A stretch of DNA of 64,000 nucleotides from Vermamoeba vermiformis (lineage: Eukaryota). Under the pieces are notes generated by a model, which was not told the DNA's origin, made no database searches, and saw only the letters and a program-made list of their open reading frames with translations. The position numbers and the translations under genes were made by a program. Location of the stretch: assembly GCA_045837725.1 (NCBI GenBank), contig JBEWZL010000048.1, positions 1-64,000 of the forward strand, in the 5' to 3' direction. This document shows positions 39,102 through 52,858 of this stretch, in pieces. Each line of letters opens with the position of its first letter. Within the stretch, counting starts at the first letter, position 1.

Positions 39102-41476
39102 TTACTTTTTGTACAATCGTTTCATGGTGGAAAAATGCTCCGCCAACAACTTCACTTCTTTCATCACATCTTCGCTCTTCATTTCTGACCACGCAATCAC
39201 GCGATTGACCAGCACTGATTTGGTAACTTTCTCGCCTTCGTTCAAGAACCGCTTTAACTTCTCTGAATCTTCCATGTGTTCTTGTTCTTCCTCTGCAATC
39301 GCGTCAAAAAGTCAATTCGGATCTGGATCAGCAGTGCATTTATCGAAAGCTTACCTCTAAGAGCATCAAGTTCCGCAGGGGTAGAGTTCAACCTCTTAAT
39401 TGTTGATTGTAACAGTTGCACCCACGTGTCTTTATCTTGTGTCAAAAACACTAGTTCGTGCGTAATGTTATCTTCAACTGCGCGAATGGTGAACTTGTCG
39501 CGACTCGCTAAACAATAGGGTGAGTACGTATATGATAGAAATAATATGACGGCCTCGTCTTGACATACATTCTTGATCGGTGACTATAACAGTGCTCAAT
39601 GGGAATGTGTGCACGACGACAAACTTCTTCTTTCGATTGAGTTTCGTGACCAATAAAATATCATTGAACAAAAACATTCGTCGGATTTTCATTATTTTTC
39701 CGCCTGCACAGAATGTAAGATCGCCCTAAATATGGAAATTAATCGTTAAACTCGTTCAAACGGCCAAAAAAAAATCGTACCTCGAACACGTATTTTCGGT
39801 GCGGTGCTGCAATATCTACATTATTCTATAATAGATGTTATGTTAATATACTGATAGTAGGTCCCGGGTACTATTAAAATGTACGTACCAAGCTTGCTTG
39901 AATGTTCAACACACGATCCATATTTCTTCGTTTTTCGACGACGCGATCCGCGTGCCTCGTTGTATCACGCAATAATTTTAATGCGGCTACTAAATCCTCG
40001 TAATCAGGATGGTCTTTTGGTGTCAATGTGATGATATCCTATATAATAATTAATAAGCAAATGCTTTTTTACGGTGATTTTTTTTGCATGTCGGATCCGT
40101 ACCTTTAACAACGAGTCGTACATAATCATGCGATGTATAGGCAGATTCAACGATGTCAATAAATTAGTCTTCTTAGTCTTAGTTTGCTCCTATAATTAGA
40201 AATATAATTAGTTTTTAAGGCTTTTCGGTGCTTGACATGAAAGTGCCGCTGTCAAAAAAATTGGGAATTTCAAAATTATCACCATTAATTCTTTTTGCTA
40301 TTATTATGATTATAATACTATTACTTACAGTAATAAAGGCTTGAAATTCTGGAATTTTCATGCAATCTCTGTACGTCTGTTGAGCAATTTCATAATTTTC
40401 ACTGTATTGCGAATACAACTGCCGCAGAATTACAGACTACAATAACGTGTTAATATTAACGTAATTATATTAACTAATAATAGGGTATTACCATTTCAAT
40501 CAAAATGTCGCCAAAAGTGCCGTCACCGTCCTGGAAAAGAAATTACCAAAATTAGTAAATTTTTGAAATTGAGTCAAACGTTGGAAGTTAAAGGGAAATT
40601 TGCTAATCTTAGCAACAATACTGTCGTAATCGATGAAAATTTGCAAAGATACTGTCACACAAAAAGATTTAAATTTCTGGCGCGAATCTTTGAATTGCAA
40701 AAAAAAATCAAATAAATTTACCTCTAAGCGCGGCTTTAATTGCGTTAAAAATTGCATGTTCCAGCCCATAATTAGCTCCCAATTGCAAAATAATCTTTTC
40801 AATTGCGGTCGTTCTAATATTTTTTGCAAAGGACTGATGTATTCGGCCACAACTGTCTTTAATTCTTCAACGTGCTTTTGTTCCGATGTTAATAACTCTC
40901 TAATATATTTTTCTCGTCGTTCTATGCAAAAAATTGGTTAATTATCCGCTTCCAAAGCGTATTTGCAAAAATGAATCTGGCCAGATTTACTTTCGAAATT
41001 TAATTTTCACAATAAATGTTAATTTTTGCTATTTAAATTTGATGATAATTACCTTCACGTATTTTTGCAACTGTTTCTTCATCCATTGTTTCGGATTCTG
41101 AAATGCTATCAATGGGAAGGCCTAAGTCCAACCCAGAATTCGACTCCATAATAGCAATATTATTATTATTATTTAAACTATTTACATCAATTTTAGGTGC
41201 GCTATTTGAGCCGTTTGCTAGCGATGTAACGCTATCTGCATTATTATTTTTATTTTTCTCATCTAAGTCACTAGAATGATTCAATGGTGTAGAAGCATTA
41301 CTATGATTAGATGAGTTGTTGTTGTTTGATATTATATTGTCTGTTCCTTTTTTCTTTCCAGAAGAGTTTTCTCGAGATTTGATTCGTTTAACGTGTTTGT
41401 CTTCATCGTGCCTTGAGGTAACAGGCGAGCCGGGTGTTGAACTAGGCGTACCCTCGCCAGCGTGAGATGACGCCAT
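39102..41476 (-). CDS. Rho guanine nucleotide exchange factor (DH-PH)
   Basis: RREKYIRELLTSEQKHVEEL...LFCNWELI..., YSQYSENYE and TPKDHPDY (DH); RRMFLFNDILLVTK...KDTWVQLL (PH). Confidence 0.88.
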
Positions 41477-41678
41477 TGAATTATAATACTGCGAATCTCT
41501 CGCGTTTACCTCTTTGTTAACTGAAAAAGAAAATCAAATCCAAAAATAACTTAAAATTTATCAATTTTATTCTTCAGCCCTTTTTTACCCTCGCTTATTG
41601 GTGATGGAGTAACCCTTGTGGTATATAACCTTATACTCGATGTTTGTAGCGAATAAAAATTTTGCGCGGTGGATTTGG

Positions 41679-43294
41679 TTACCTGATCTTGCCTTTATCT
41701 TTATTGAATTTGATGGCAATAGGAAATGTCGCTCCTAATACAACAATCATGATTATAACCTGCACCATTCCATTCAAGAATCGCGCGTAGAAGAACGCGA
41801 GTGCACTACTCATCGATTGCACGAACTTGAACGCTGAAATGGCTTGAATCGAGACTACACCCTTCGGATATAGCTTTCCTAAGTATGCATACATATATAT
41901 GTTAAGCACACCGTCAAACGATGCAAAGAATCCAATAACATAGAAGAGCGCGTATCTCGTCGTCGGATCGGCATCCATTATCTCGTTTTTCATGAATTGC
42001 AATGCAAAATAGATCGCCATCAATGTAGCCATGATGCCAGTTAATACTTTCAAGAATCCTTGTGAGCTGAGTCGATCCTTCAGTTTGCCGCCAAGGTACG
42101 TGAACAAGATCTTGCCAAGACCATTAACAGCGAAAATTCCTCCGACTTGCATGCGATCGTCTTTGAAAAATGCAGTAAATGGACCGTTGATATACGTCGC
42201 GTATACTGCGGAGAAGAAAAAGACGCCCATCTGCGCTAATAGTTCAGGAGCAGCCACCATTGAGATGCTTTGCCAAATTTCTTGCCATAAGCTTACTGAA
42301 CCTGATGTATAAGGATATAAATTAGCTATGGCTTATAGTACGGGAGTATATGGTTGAAAAAAATTGAGCGGGATCTTACCTTCAGTTTGAGAAGGCTTTT
42401 TCTCGTCCATATTAATAATATCCTTATTCTCATCGTGCTTAATTTCATCTTCGAGTTCCACGTGATTATTTTCATCGCTCGTTTTGCTTGAACTGGCCGT
42501 TGAAACAGTCGCAGTAGATTCTTCGCTCGTGATACTTTGCGCGTCTGCACCGACATTCTTAATGTCTTCATCTTCTTGAGGAGCCTTCTGTTCATTGTGG
42601 CCGTCTTCTACATCAGACAGGGATACCCAGTGATCTTCGATCTTCTTTAGTAACAGTAAGCCACTGCATCCAACAGCGCACAACATCGCGAGTAAAATGA
42701 ACAGTATTAACGGTTGAAATCCAAAGTAGAACATCAAAAACGAGAGCAAGTTGCCGGTGATATTGCATACAGACATAATTGAAAAGAATAGGCCCGAGCT
42801 AGCTCCACGTGCTTTTGGATCTGAATTTTCTGTCAAGCTTGATCCTGCAGATCAACGGGTGAGTTCAATAATAATAATAATACAAAAAATATTATTAGCA
42901 TTATATTAAGGCAAAAATACTGTATTAAATGCCTACCTTGCGCGGACCATAATATGCCAGCACCGATCCCGATAATAACGCTGAAAATATATACAAGAAA
43001 GATCGTATTAGCCGTCGCTAGGTACACTGCAATAGCCAATAAATAAGCCGAATAAGTGTATCCTGATATCGTCATTGCCAGCTTGAGCGATCCAACTTTT
43101 CTGACAGCAGCGGATGCGAAGAAGTTCGACATGGCCATTACGAGGTAAATAATCGCCAATATAAAATAGGCATGGTTGCCTAATAAAGCTAGCGCGTAGT
43201 TTTGTGAAGGATTGTACGCTGTGAACATCAGCATGAAACAGATCCCCATTAGGATCACGTTCCTGCGCTTTATGCCGGCTATCGTCGCTTGCAT
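41679..43294 (-). CDS. UNC-93-like / MFSD11 major facilitator superfamily membrane protein
   Basis: GICFMLMFTAYNP, IIGIGAGILWSAQG and AFKFVQSMSSALAFFY; many transmembrane segments with an acidic central loop. Confidence 0.88.
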
Positions 43295-44585
43295 TTTATA
43301 AACTACGATATGTAGAGCTTATAAAAGAGCTTGAATAAATAATCTAAGTGAATGTCGGTTAGTAAAATTAATAATTTTCGGAACTACGTCCGTTTTTCCC
43401 ACTGTAAAATTAGATGGGTCTTAAATAATACCAGGTTACTTAATAATAGTAAGTAAAATATTTTAGCAGCACACCGTAATTTTTAATACGCCAGAATTAA
43501 AGTTCAAGCGAGATCGACTTATACGTCCCGTGTCATAAAGCTATCTTGGTTTCAAAATGTTTCATGCGTTTAAGTATTAAAATATTTTAGAATACTACTT
43601 ACGAATAAGGTCCAATCGATTACCGATCTACATAGATCTGGCTCGCTTGATCAAAAAATCTTCCGTTTACTCCAAGCTTTGCAAAATAGCTCGCTCGTGG
43701 TGCCCACGTAGATACAAAATAATTTTGATGACGAGGCAGGTGCATTTTCAGCCGACGTTGCAAAAATTATTATTCGCGCCACTTTTTTTGTCGCGTCCGT
43801 TATGTAAACAACAAAAGAGTACAATTTGGTTGGATCCCGCTTCGTGAATATTGCCGGTAAGTAGGATGTTACTGGGACTTGTCGATTCCACACACAACGA
43901 TGTATCTTTTTGCACATCAGTTTTATGTAGTTTTAAATTTTGCATGGAATAACCGTATCTAGATTTGGAATTCATATTTGTGTTAGTTAGACCGCATATG
44001 TACAGAAAATCTTCAAAAATAATATTTATTTTTACGTCATATTTCTAAAACCGCGTGCAAGTCATTAATATTCACAAATTGTCCTAAATTAGATTCATGA
44101 AATTGTACCGCGACTATAAAATCCCATAAAGTACTTCTATTATCAAAGAATGACGCGGCAGCAATCAGCTCTGATTTTAATTTTAACGAACAACAATCAC
44201 AGTACAAATGTTTTTCTTGTGACATCGTGAAACGGATCCCGTAGTATTAAGCGTCATTACTGCATCGGGCTTTCGGCGGTGCATACCCTGCGAGTAATAT
44301 AAGCATACGATCGAAACTGCCAATAGTTGTGTAACTGATTTCGTGTGTCGAGGAAATTCCCCTTCTGATTCACCATGAGCCTAAAAATGGCGTATTCTCT
44401 TACGCCCGTACAATCTTCAGCTCTGCGTGACATCTCCCCGATTACCCATTCAATCGCTCGGATCGTATAATTGCTATCAGCGAAATGATTATCGGCCATT
44501 CGCCGCCGCAAAAAAAAACGGGATCGGAAGAAGCTGATGAAACTGAATCTTTACTAGCTCGCTATATTTACAATAAATAAGTTAT

Positions 44586-45320
44586 TTACGTTGATATTTT
44601 GGTCCTGTAGCATCCTTGGGGACGAAAGGGATGCCCGAATATCAAGTTAATGGAGAAGTGTTCCCAAGAGTCAGGTTGATACACCGGGGAAGTCAGAATA
44701 AGAGGAGAATTATCTTTGTGATGCCTAGTGTCGGATACAATTGAAGAGGCAGCATCTAACTCCATTTGAAACAGCGGGCTATTATTGGGCGAATCCGCTG
44801 TCGTTCAATTTATTAATAATTTCAAGTAATCAATGTATTTTACCTTGCTCTGAGCTCGATGATTCATTGTTGTTCGATCTAGACGTTAATTCATGATATT
44901 CATCCAGCCAAACGAATATTTTTGTTTCCATTGCTTGCCAACCCCTGATCCGCAGCATAGAGTTCATAAATTTGCTCAATCTCGTTTGGCTATGCATAAA
45001 TTATTAATAAAATATTGCATCTGATGTTTCAATTCTTACCTTACGCCAACTTCAAGCGCTACTTCCCGCTGGGACTTGATCCCGTAAGCCATTAAATCTT
45101 TGATTGCTAATATTAAGCCCATATTTGGCTTAGAACCACTTTCTAATTTCAAGGATGATGCATCTGACTCCTCGTCTGTCTTTTGGATTGGGACGTAGCT
45201 AAAATATTCGGCACGTAATTTGATCCAATTTTTTCTTAGAGTCTCTTTATCAGACTCGGAAACGCTCTTGTCTTGTCTATTCATTGCTTTTACTTTGCAA
45301 TGTGAAGTGTTTTTGTTCAT
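44586..45320 (-). CDS. Small Cro/C1 (lambda repressor-like) HTH protein, paralog 1, 3 exons
   Basis: Spliced: ...IKDLMAYGIKSQREVALEVGVSQTRLSKFMNSMLRIRGWQAMETKIFVWLDEY...PDSWEHFSINLIFG...*. Confidence 0.7.
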
Positions 45321-46524
45321 TTGCGTAATCTTTAAACAGCTTTTGGCGTGAATTTATGCTCGCGTCCCGAGCGCTCGATTTCTCTGCAAGGAGATCTCGC
45401 ACCTACTCGGTAAAGTTAATTGCCTCACGCTTATACTCAGCTCGTACAGCATACTCTCGGACAAATGACAATTCTCTTAGTCTTTTTATTCCGTAAGCCA
45501 AGAGTTGAATTCGCTGCATGCGGATCTTAATCAAGATCTTTAGCATTGGTAATTATCGCTTGTACGCACTATTGAGCAAGTAGATTCAGCTCTAAAACTC
45601 CGAGAGAAGCATTGGGCAATTAGGCGATTTGAAAATTAGCATGGATCAGCCCAGGCAGCGGGATCCAGCACACGGAAAAGAAATCTCGAACAAAATGAGA
45701 TTTGTGCTGATTCAATAACGTAAATTTGGTCCTCTTTAATGCTGTCAGCGTCGTTGAAGTTAATTTGTTGCACATCTGCTCGGCCGTAGTGCGAGTTATT
45801 GCAAAGTTGCAAAAACTACCTACATGAGACACTCGCTTTGTAATAGTTGCACGAACGATCGTTATTTATATCTTGCTATCGTATTAGTGTCATTCAATAG
45901 GTCACGATTTGTAAAAAAGCATGCAAAAAGAAACCTTGGCAGCCGATGAGATGCACCGGGCAGAAAATATTGCAACGAGCCGATAACGACCGATATTTAA
46001 TTTTTCATACTTTTACTATATTTAGAAAAATTCAATTATTAATCGACTCAAAGCCCTGATAAAATCAATGCACTTTAATTTTGGATCTGTGTTTGAGCTA
46101 AATCATCAAAAAAATCTAATTTGTCATTCAGATAATTAATTACCTATTTTCCAATGCTAATACCTTCCCTTCGATACTCGATCAAGCAAGCAATATAAAA
46201 AATATTTAACAAATTCGTTTCGTGCCTTCCCATTCTAGCGTTTGCATCGGCGGATCGTTACGGTGGTAATGTGCATAACGCAACATTAGATAACGCATTT
46301 TGAGCTGTGTTCGTCATTAGCAGCCGGATCGAAATAAAAATTGTTACGGTCCGCCTTTGTAACCTCCTGTCAAATAAATAAGATTTATTCCGCGCTCCTT
46401 TTTACAATATTAAAATACAGGCGATATCTCTGAAGATATCTTGGTCTCCGACCGCTCAACTCCGTCAATTTTAAAATATACAGATGACAGATAGATGATT
46501 TGTGCCAAAAACGGGTGCCGACAA

Positions 46525-47115
46525 TCAGCTTGATGGCGAAAACTGATTTAGAACCATGCCTATACTGAAGTGGCTCCAAGGGTCAGGCTCTTCATCACTT
46601 TCCGTCACGTGGGGACTGTCGCATGAGGCATCCTTAGACGAATCTGGACTTTCCATACTTAGAGATTCTTCGATAGCGCTTAAATCATCCACCGGCTCTA
46701 GTTGCTCGGCATTATAATTATAAAACTCGTCGAAAAATTGCAAAAGACGTTCTTCTAGACTCGTCCATCCTCGAACACGTGTTGTTCCGTTCATATATTT
46801 GCTTAGTCGGGTTTGACTGCGGTTAAAACGTCAGATAAATTCTTAAGCGCGTTTAATGATCATGATTGTGGCAATAATTGGATGTTTGTTTTACCTGACA
46901 CCAATTTTGTAAGCGATCTCCCTTTGGGACTGGATGCCATTATCCATCAGTCGACGTATTGCGGCTATATAGTGACGATTTGGGTCGTTCCCGGCTTGGC
47001 CTAGGTTCATTAGATCATCTTCTTGCAATTTGTAAAGCCTCATTATCTCGGCACGCTGCTTGATCCATTCGGTTCGATAATTTTGTGCGTTCATTTGATG
47101 TAATTGCTTCAGCAT
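46525..47115 (-). CDS. Small Cro/C1-like HTH protein, paralog 2, 2 exons (start codon uncertain)
   Basis: Spliced: ...IRRLMDNGIQSQREIAYKIGVSQTRLSKYMNGTTRVRGWTSLEERLLQFFDEF...PDPWSHFSIGMVLNQFSPSS*. Confidence 0.7.
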
Positions 47116-47606
47116 GGCGAAGGTTATGTGAAGTACCACGCGTGGTGTTCTTCTTGTTTATTTTTTGAGATTGACTTTAATGGCTCTTGTCATACAGTTT
47201 TATAAACCCAAAAATGCCTAAAATAGCTTACTTCCGAAAGTTTGTTGTCAGCTTTTGCTATCTTTAGCAATTCGGTCTCCGAACGATTTACTAGCGAATT
47301 AAGGTCCTTTTTGCTCGATTTCTTGAACCAAAATGCTGAACTCGGGATCGGAACACCTCCCGCACCCAGCGCAAATTTACCGTCAGAAAAAGAACTCAAT
47401 TCGCAGCAGAAACGATAACGGAACCATAACATATGGCTTACGAGGAGCCTGGGCGTAGATTTTGGTGTTTCAGTACAACGCTCTTGTGCTTAGATTGCAA
47501 AATAAGGAATGTGGGAAAAAAGTTCACAGGATTGATTTAGCCGTAGACGAACAATAAATTATTAAGTCGGGAGCTACTAACCGAGTGCAATAACCGACGA
47601 TATACC

Positions 47607-48650
47607 ATGGCAGCTAATAACGAGCTACAAGGGTCACCTCATGAAGGAGACACTCCGACGCCAGTTTTCGCTGTCCAGATGTCGGTTGAAGATCAGGTAA
47701 GCGAGTTCCACGGCTTCGCACTTATTGTTTTTTCGAGCGCCGTTATGCCAACGAAATTCTTTATCGGCTCATTTTGAATTGTGCATAGTACTAAAGTGGC
47801 TAAATTCAAATCTGTTTGGGGCAAGTACAAAACCCTAACAACTCGCTAATTAATGTTGTATAAATTTAATAGAATTTTGGGAAGATTCGTTTCCCTAATA
47901 CACAATGGTTGAAGTGCACATCATTTCCGACATACAAATCCGCCCGGAGCGCACAACGACGGAGCCCAAATAGTGTTTCAGTTGCAGAAATTGATCTTGT
48001 TGAAGTCAGCGATGACGAGGACGAAGCGATTTCGAATCAAAATAACTACGAACTAATTCTAAGCGATCAAGATCTGGGATCATTAGACAGCCCAAGTGTA
48101 CGAGCCCAGAAATTCACATCTGAAGATGTTTCAGATGAGATGAGTCGCAGTAACAGCCATTCTAGTCGAAAAGAGAAGAAGAAACGCAGATCCAAGCGAA
48201 AGAAACATTCAGTAAAACTCGTTGCAAATCTGAAGAATGGAAGAACTAACACCCTCAAAGGCCTATACGTCGAGGGCGAGCCGACAAATAGCGCACAAGC
48301 TCAACGATACCGAAGGCTGCCTAGACTAGGTACATCTTGCTAAATTTTAAGCGTGATCTGGTCGCGTGCCCGGAGTTTGAATCACAAGGTGCTAATCGTT
48401 TTTCGTAGAGTCCAATGAGATCCGAATACGTTTAGAAGACGGAGACGTGTTAGTTGTTATGCCTAAGCAATTTTTCAAGCAAAACATCGAATATGGCTCG
48501 CGCTTGAAGATCCGAGCGACAATTTCAACTCGCCAAGTACCACTACGATCACTATGCATCGACGAAGATGAAACAGAGCTCATTCCAGCGTCATTAACGA
48601 GTTCAATCTTCATTGCGGATGATGTCCAAAAATGGAAAAAACTGAATTAA
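47607..48650 (+). CDS. Hypothetical protein with acidic patches and a basic NLS-like tract, 3 exons
   Basis: ATG at 47607; GT-AG introns join the reading frames of ORFs 47909-48343 and 48447-48650; RKEKKKRRSKRKK; no family recognised. Confidence 0.55.
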
Positions 48651-48936
48651 ATTCGCAAAATCACCGCACGGAGCGAGTACGTCGACGGAACTCGATTCAT
48701 TATATGCATAAGACCATATAGTGACGAGAATCTGCTGGAGCGTTATCAACGGAACAGGCTATAAATAGTTCGCGTTCCGAAATTTAAACTTATGGGATCA
48801 AGTGACGAGAAGTTCGATAAAGTGACAGAAGCTCGCGTATCGCATATCGGCCGAAAAATGTGTACGAATTGAAGTTATAGCTATTCTAATAAACTTACGA
48901 TCGTTTATGACTGGTAGTAGCTACATCCGCTGTTCG

Positions 48937-51900
48937 TTACAATTCGTCTTTGGATCGAGGTTCGATGACCGGCCTAGGGCTTAACTCGACGTTCTTATAG
49001 TTATAGTTGAACCAATCGCTAATGCCGGAATAATAAAGGCCAGAAAATCTTCGTCCTGACGGGCCGCCTGTCAAACAAAAAAAAGATTCATCAGTAGCCG
49101 TCAAATCAAAATTTATTCGCCAAAATAGCCTCATCAGATAAGTATTTCATCGGGATATCGATCGTGTCACGATAATATCAAGATCGTACCTGGCAAATTA
49201 GTTTCCATCAAATCTTTGTTGACATCCGTAACCATTCTCCACGACGGCGCGAAGAATATCGATCGTCCGCCTGGTCCAGGGAACTGCTGTCCTTGTTGTA
49301 CTGTCGCTCTGCTGCCAATGACAGTAATTGGTGCGTCAAAGCCAAGAACAGATGGTAATTGACCATTAAAGAAAATGTTGTACATCCAACCAGTTCTAAC
49401 TTGGCCCCAGGTTGGTACAGTTTGATTAGTATACTTCGATAAAGTCCTATTCAACGCGCTACGGAGATACTATTAGTACGTGCTAAAAACAGGAATAAAG
49501 ATTTTTCCGCACGTTTCGATAGCATGTGAAATAAATGTGTGCGAGATATTTTAAATTATGTCAATAAATGATATTTTAAGCTTGCCGATAATAGGCCGAT
49601 TTTACGATTGCGCAAAAAAGGGGAGAAACCAATTCTTAAGCGTAAACTTACCGTTCGAAAGTTTGTTCTCTTGTGCGTCCGATCCACAACAAGCTCGTGT
49701 AATCCTTGTCTTCGCTAAATATAGCAGTATCGAAGTAATGATAAAATACGCTGTGCGAGCCAGTCTTAGAGAAGTTAGCCCAAACGCCTTCACCAAAAAT
49801 AGGTATGAAGATCTCGTCGCGTATTTCTTTGTAGAAATCTTCGAAGAGCGTGGCGCCGATAGCATCCGCCGAATATCTGTTATCCCAATTCTTGAGAGCT
49901 TTTCCTAAAAAGGATAAAAGTATAAATAGCTGCAAGAAAAATGACAGATCAACTTTCAAAAAACGGAAGCTTACCGGCTGGTGTGTCAGGGATCATGTTG
50001 CGCATATATTTCATGAACCGTTCAGCTTGCAAGGAATAAACATCGCGCTGCATCAATTTAAAATATTCCAAGTCAACTTTGTCTTCTTTCTTCGCTTCGA
50101 GCAACATTTCGATACGTCGACGACGGTCCCAGCCCATGTGGAAATTAACGGCGACGACTGATTCGTCCGTTGGATTCCAGAAGTCATTAGCAGAGGCCAA
50201 ATAGCCTTTCTCAGGATTGTTTACTGCTGCGAGCTTCGATCCATCGTGAAATCCGTCCCAATCATACTCCGAGTCCCATCCTGGCACCGGTCCCATTCCA
50301 CTGTGTCCCTAAATTAAATCCGTAAATATTCTGGCGGTTAAAATTAAAAGATTGCTATTTTTAGTAATTTTATTAAAGCTTTGTGAAATTGCTCTGAAGT
50401 CTGCTGCACGATTATAGGTTTTGATAAGCCTAATATGATTGTAATAGTCTAGGTCTTGATAGTGCGTACCTTTCGGTTCGGGAGCTTGCCAGACTGTTGA
50501 TAGGCTACATCCCCGTTACGATCGACGAAGATCCAATTGGCAGAGAGCTCAATATCGCGAACTGCGACTTGTCCTTCTTTAACAGTAGTGAGAGAAAACA
50601 TTTTAGACACTTTTTTGAACGTTGGAAGACCTCCAGCTCCTTGAGTAGCATAACCCATCGATAAGTAATAGCCTGATAATCGATTTAGCAATTAATATAC
50701 TCACATTAATTTAAGATTTTCAGGAGATTTTTGAATTAATTAGTAAATTAAGGTCCTTGCTCTGTGGTTCAGTGAAAAGTAAATGACAGTATATCGGCTA
50801 GATCTTTACCGTTGAGAGGCCCAGTATGATCCTCAGGTACGTCGATTAGACCATGGTGTGTTCTATATACTGTTATATTCAACGGTGCTTCTCCTTGGCG
50901 CAAGATCTGCTCAAATTCTTTTGTAACGGGCATGTACTCATTGTCTCTCTTATATTTGTCGTCTTTGATCTCTTCAACGAAGTAATCAATGCAATCCATG
51001 AATCCATAAGTAAAACCAAACGCAACCTCATTCGTTCTACCCATCAAAACAACAGGAACACCTGAGGAAATTGATCCGATTAATAAAAAGGAAATTTAAA
51101 TAGTATTAGTGCAAAGACGTACCAGCAATAGTTACTCCCATAACATATCGCTCCTTGACGTGGAGGATGGCCTCGTACCAAAAGTTTGGCAAGCGACTGA
51201 CTTCCAAATGCGGATCAGATGAGTACAATGGACTTTTGTTCTTAGACCAAGCAGCACTGACACCCCAATTATTACTAGCTGACAATATTGGTGCTTCATG
51301 TGGAATCTCTTGCGTGAAGAACGGCCAGATTGATGATTTGACCGATTTTAATGCCTCGAGGACTGCAGGATCTGGATCGCTCAAATAAGGATGGAACATC
51401 TTCTTGAACAACTTGAAGGCATGATCGTTCTTTACATTGGCAATGAGAAGCTTCTCCATATCACCTTGAATCTATTGAACAATATAAGATTAAGAAATCA
51501 GAACTACAAGTCACGCGCTGACACGGTATCAGATCTGATCGTAATTTTCATTTAGATGATTTGATTTGGCTAAGATATCAGTATAGTATGGTATAATAAT
51601 TTACCTCAGCCAAGCTTGCAAAGCTCAATAACTTGACGGTCACGAGCGTGTCTGCCATCGTCCACGGATCAGGCTTGAAACCGGTAAGAAGGAATTCTAG
51701 TGGTCTTCCGTGACCTAAAATATAGATAAGTTATAATGCACATATAATATATTCGCAGCAATTAGCACTAAAAGGAATTTGGTCGGATGCATTTGTCAAA
51801 TTTGACACAATCACATTGTGTGATCGTTGTAGTCATACCCTCTTTTTCATATTCTGTAATTCCGGATGTATAAGCGGTCAATACTTCCAATACGTCCTTA

Positions 51901-52514
51901 TCAGCTGTTTTCAAGGCCTCAACAGCATCTTTGTACATCCGCAACTTTCTGAAGGTTTTGTCGAATTCAACAGTCTCAGGCGTGTTCGCCAAGAGTTCTG
52001 AAATTCTTCCTTGTCCTACTACGCGTATAAATTGCATTTGAACCTGTCTAGAATATCAAGGTGTCAAAATTGAGCTCGCGAGATGTGGTCATGAACTGTT
52101 AGGAGCAAGAACTTACCTGTCTTCCATATGAGCGTAGCCTAACCCTTTTAGTGCATCGTTTATAGTATCTGCCCAGATCTCTCTGACGCCTGTAATCTTA
52201 GCATTAGATCGGAGGAAAAAATTTTGTTTTCGCGAAAAAAAATAAAATTAAAATGCTTTTGATATCAATATTTATATAATGACATGCATTAATAGATTAT
52301 TGTTATCAAGCTACGATGGCCGGTAAATTTTATTGCACCTCGTAAAAATAATTCCTTATTAATACTAACCATCATTATTTCTTTGCAGTATAATAGCGCG
52401 TCCTTCATTATAGAGCACTTTGCGCGAAGCAGGTCCGACTGGATCTTTTAATAGCCACAGTCCGATCTGGCTGAAAGCAACAGCAACAATCAAAAATATA
52501 ACTAATTTGCGCAT
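48937..52514 (-). CDS. Penicillin acylase / acyl-homoserine-lactone acylase family Ntn-hydrolase (peptidase S45), with signal peptide and C-terminal KDEL
   Basis: GVREIWADTINDALKGLGYAHMEDR; SNNWGVS...SSDPHL...LPNFWYE (beta-subunit Ser nucleophile); NPEKGYLASAN; APSWRMVTD; GGPSG; ends SKDEL*. Confidence 0.9.
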
Positions 52515-52858
52515 ATCATTCAGCTTTTATCCGCATAAATGTAAGCACAAAAATATATACAATGTGTATGAGCTTAAACACGAACAAAAAAAATGGAAAC
52601 GGAACGGCTAGATCTAGCCAAAATTTTTTTTTCTACGCACGTGATCTCGTAGTACGAAGCATACCTTAGAGCTCTGGTATACTATATACTCTATACTATT
52701 ACATTTCGAGCCATTATCATGGTATGAGCCTTTCTTTCCTGAACAAGGAAGCCGTTAAAAATGTACGCACGTGGTTTGTTAGGTGCGCACCTTGAAAAAT
52801 CTGGTGAGACTTCTTTTGTAGCTGTTTGACCTAATTATAAACATAGTAGCACTACACG

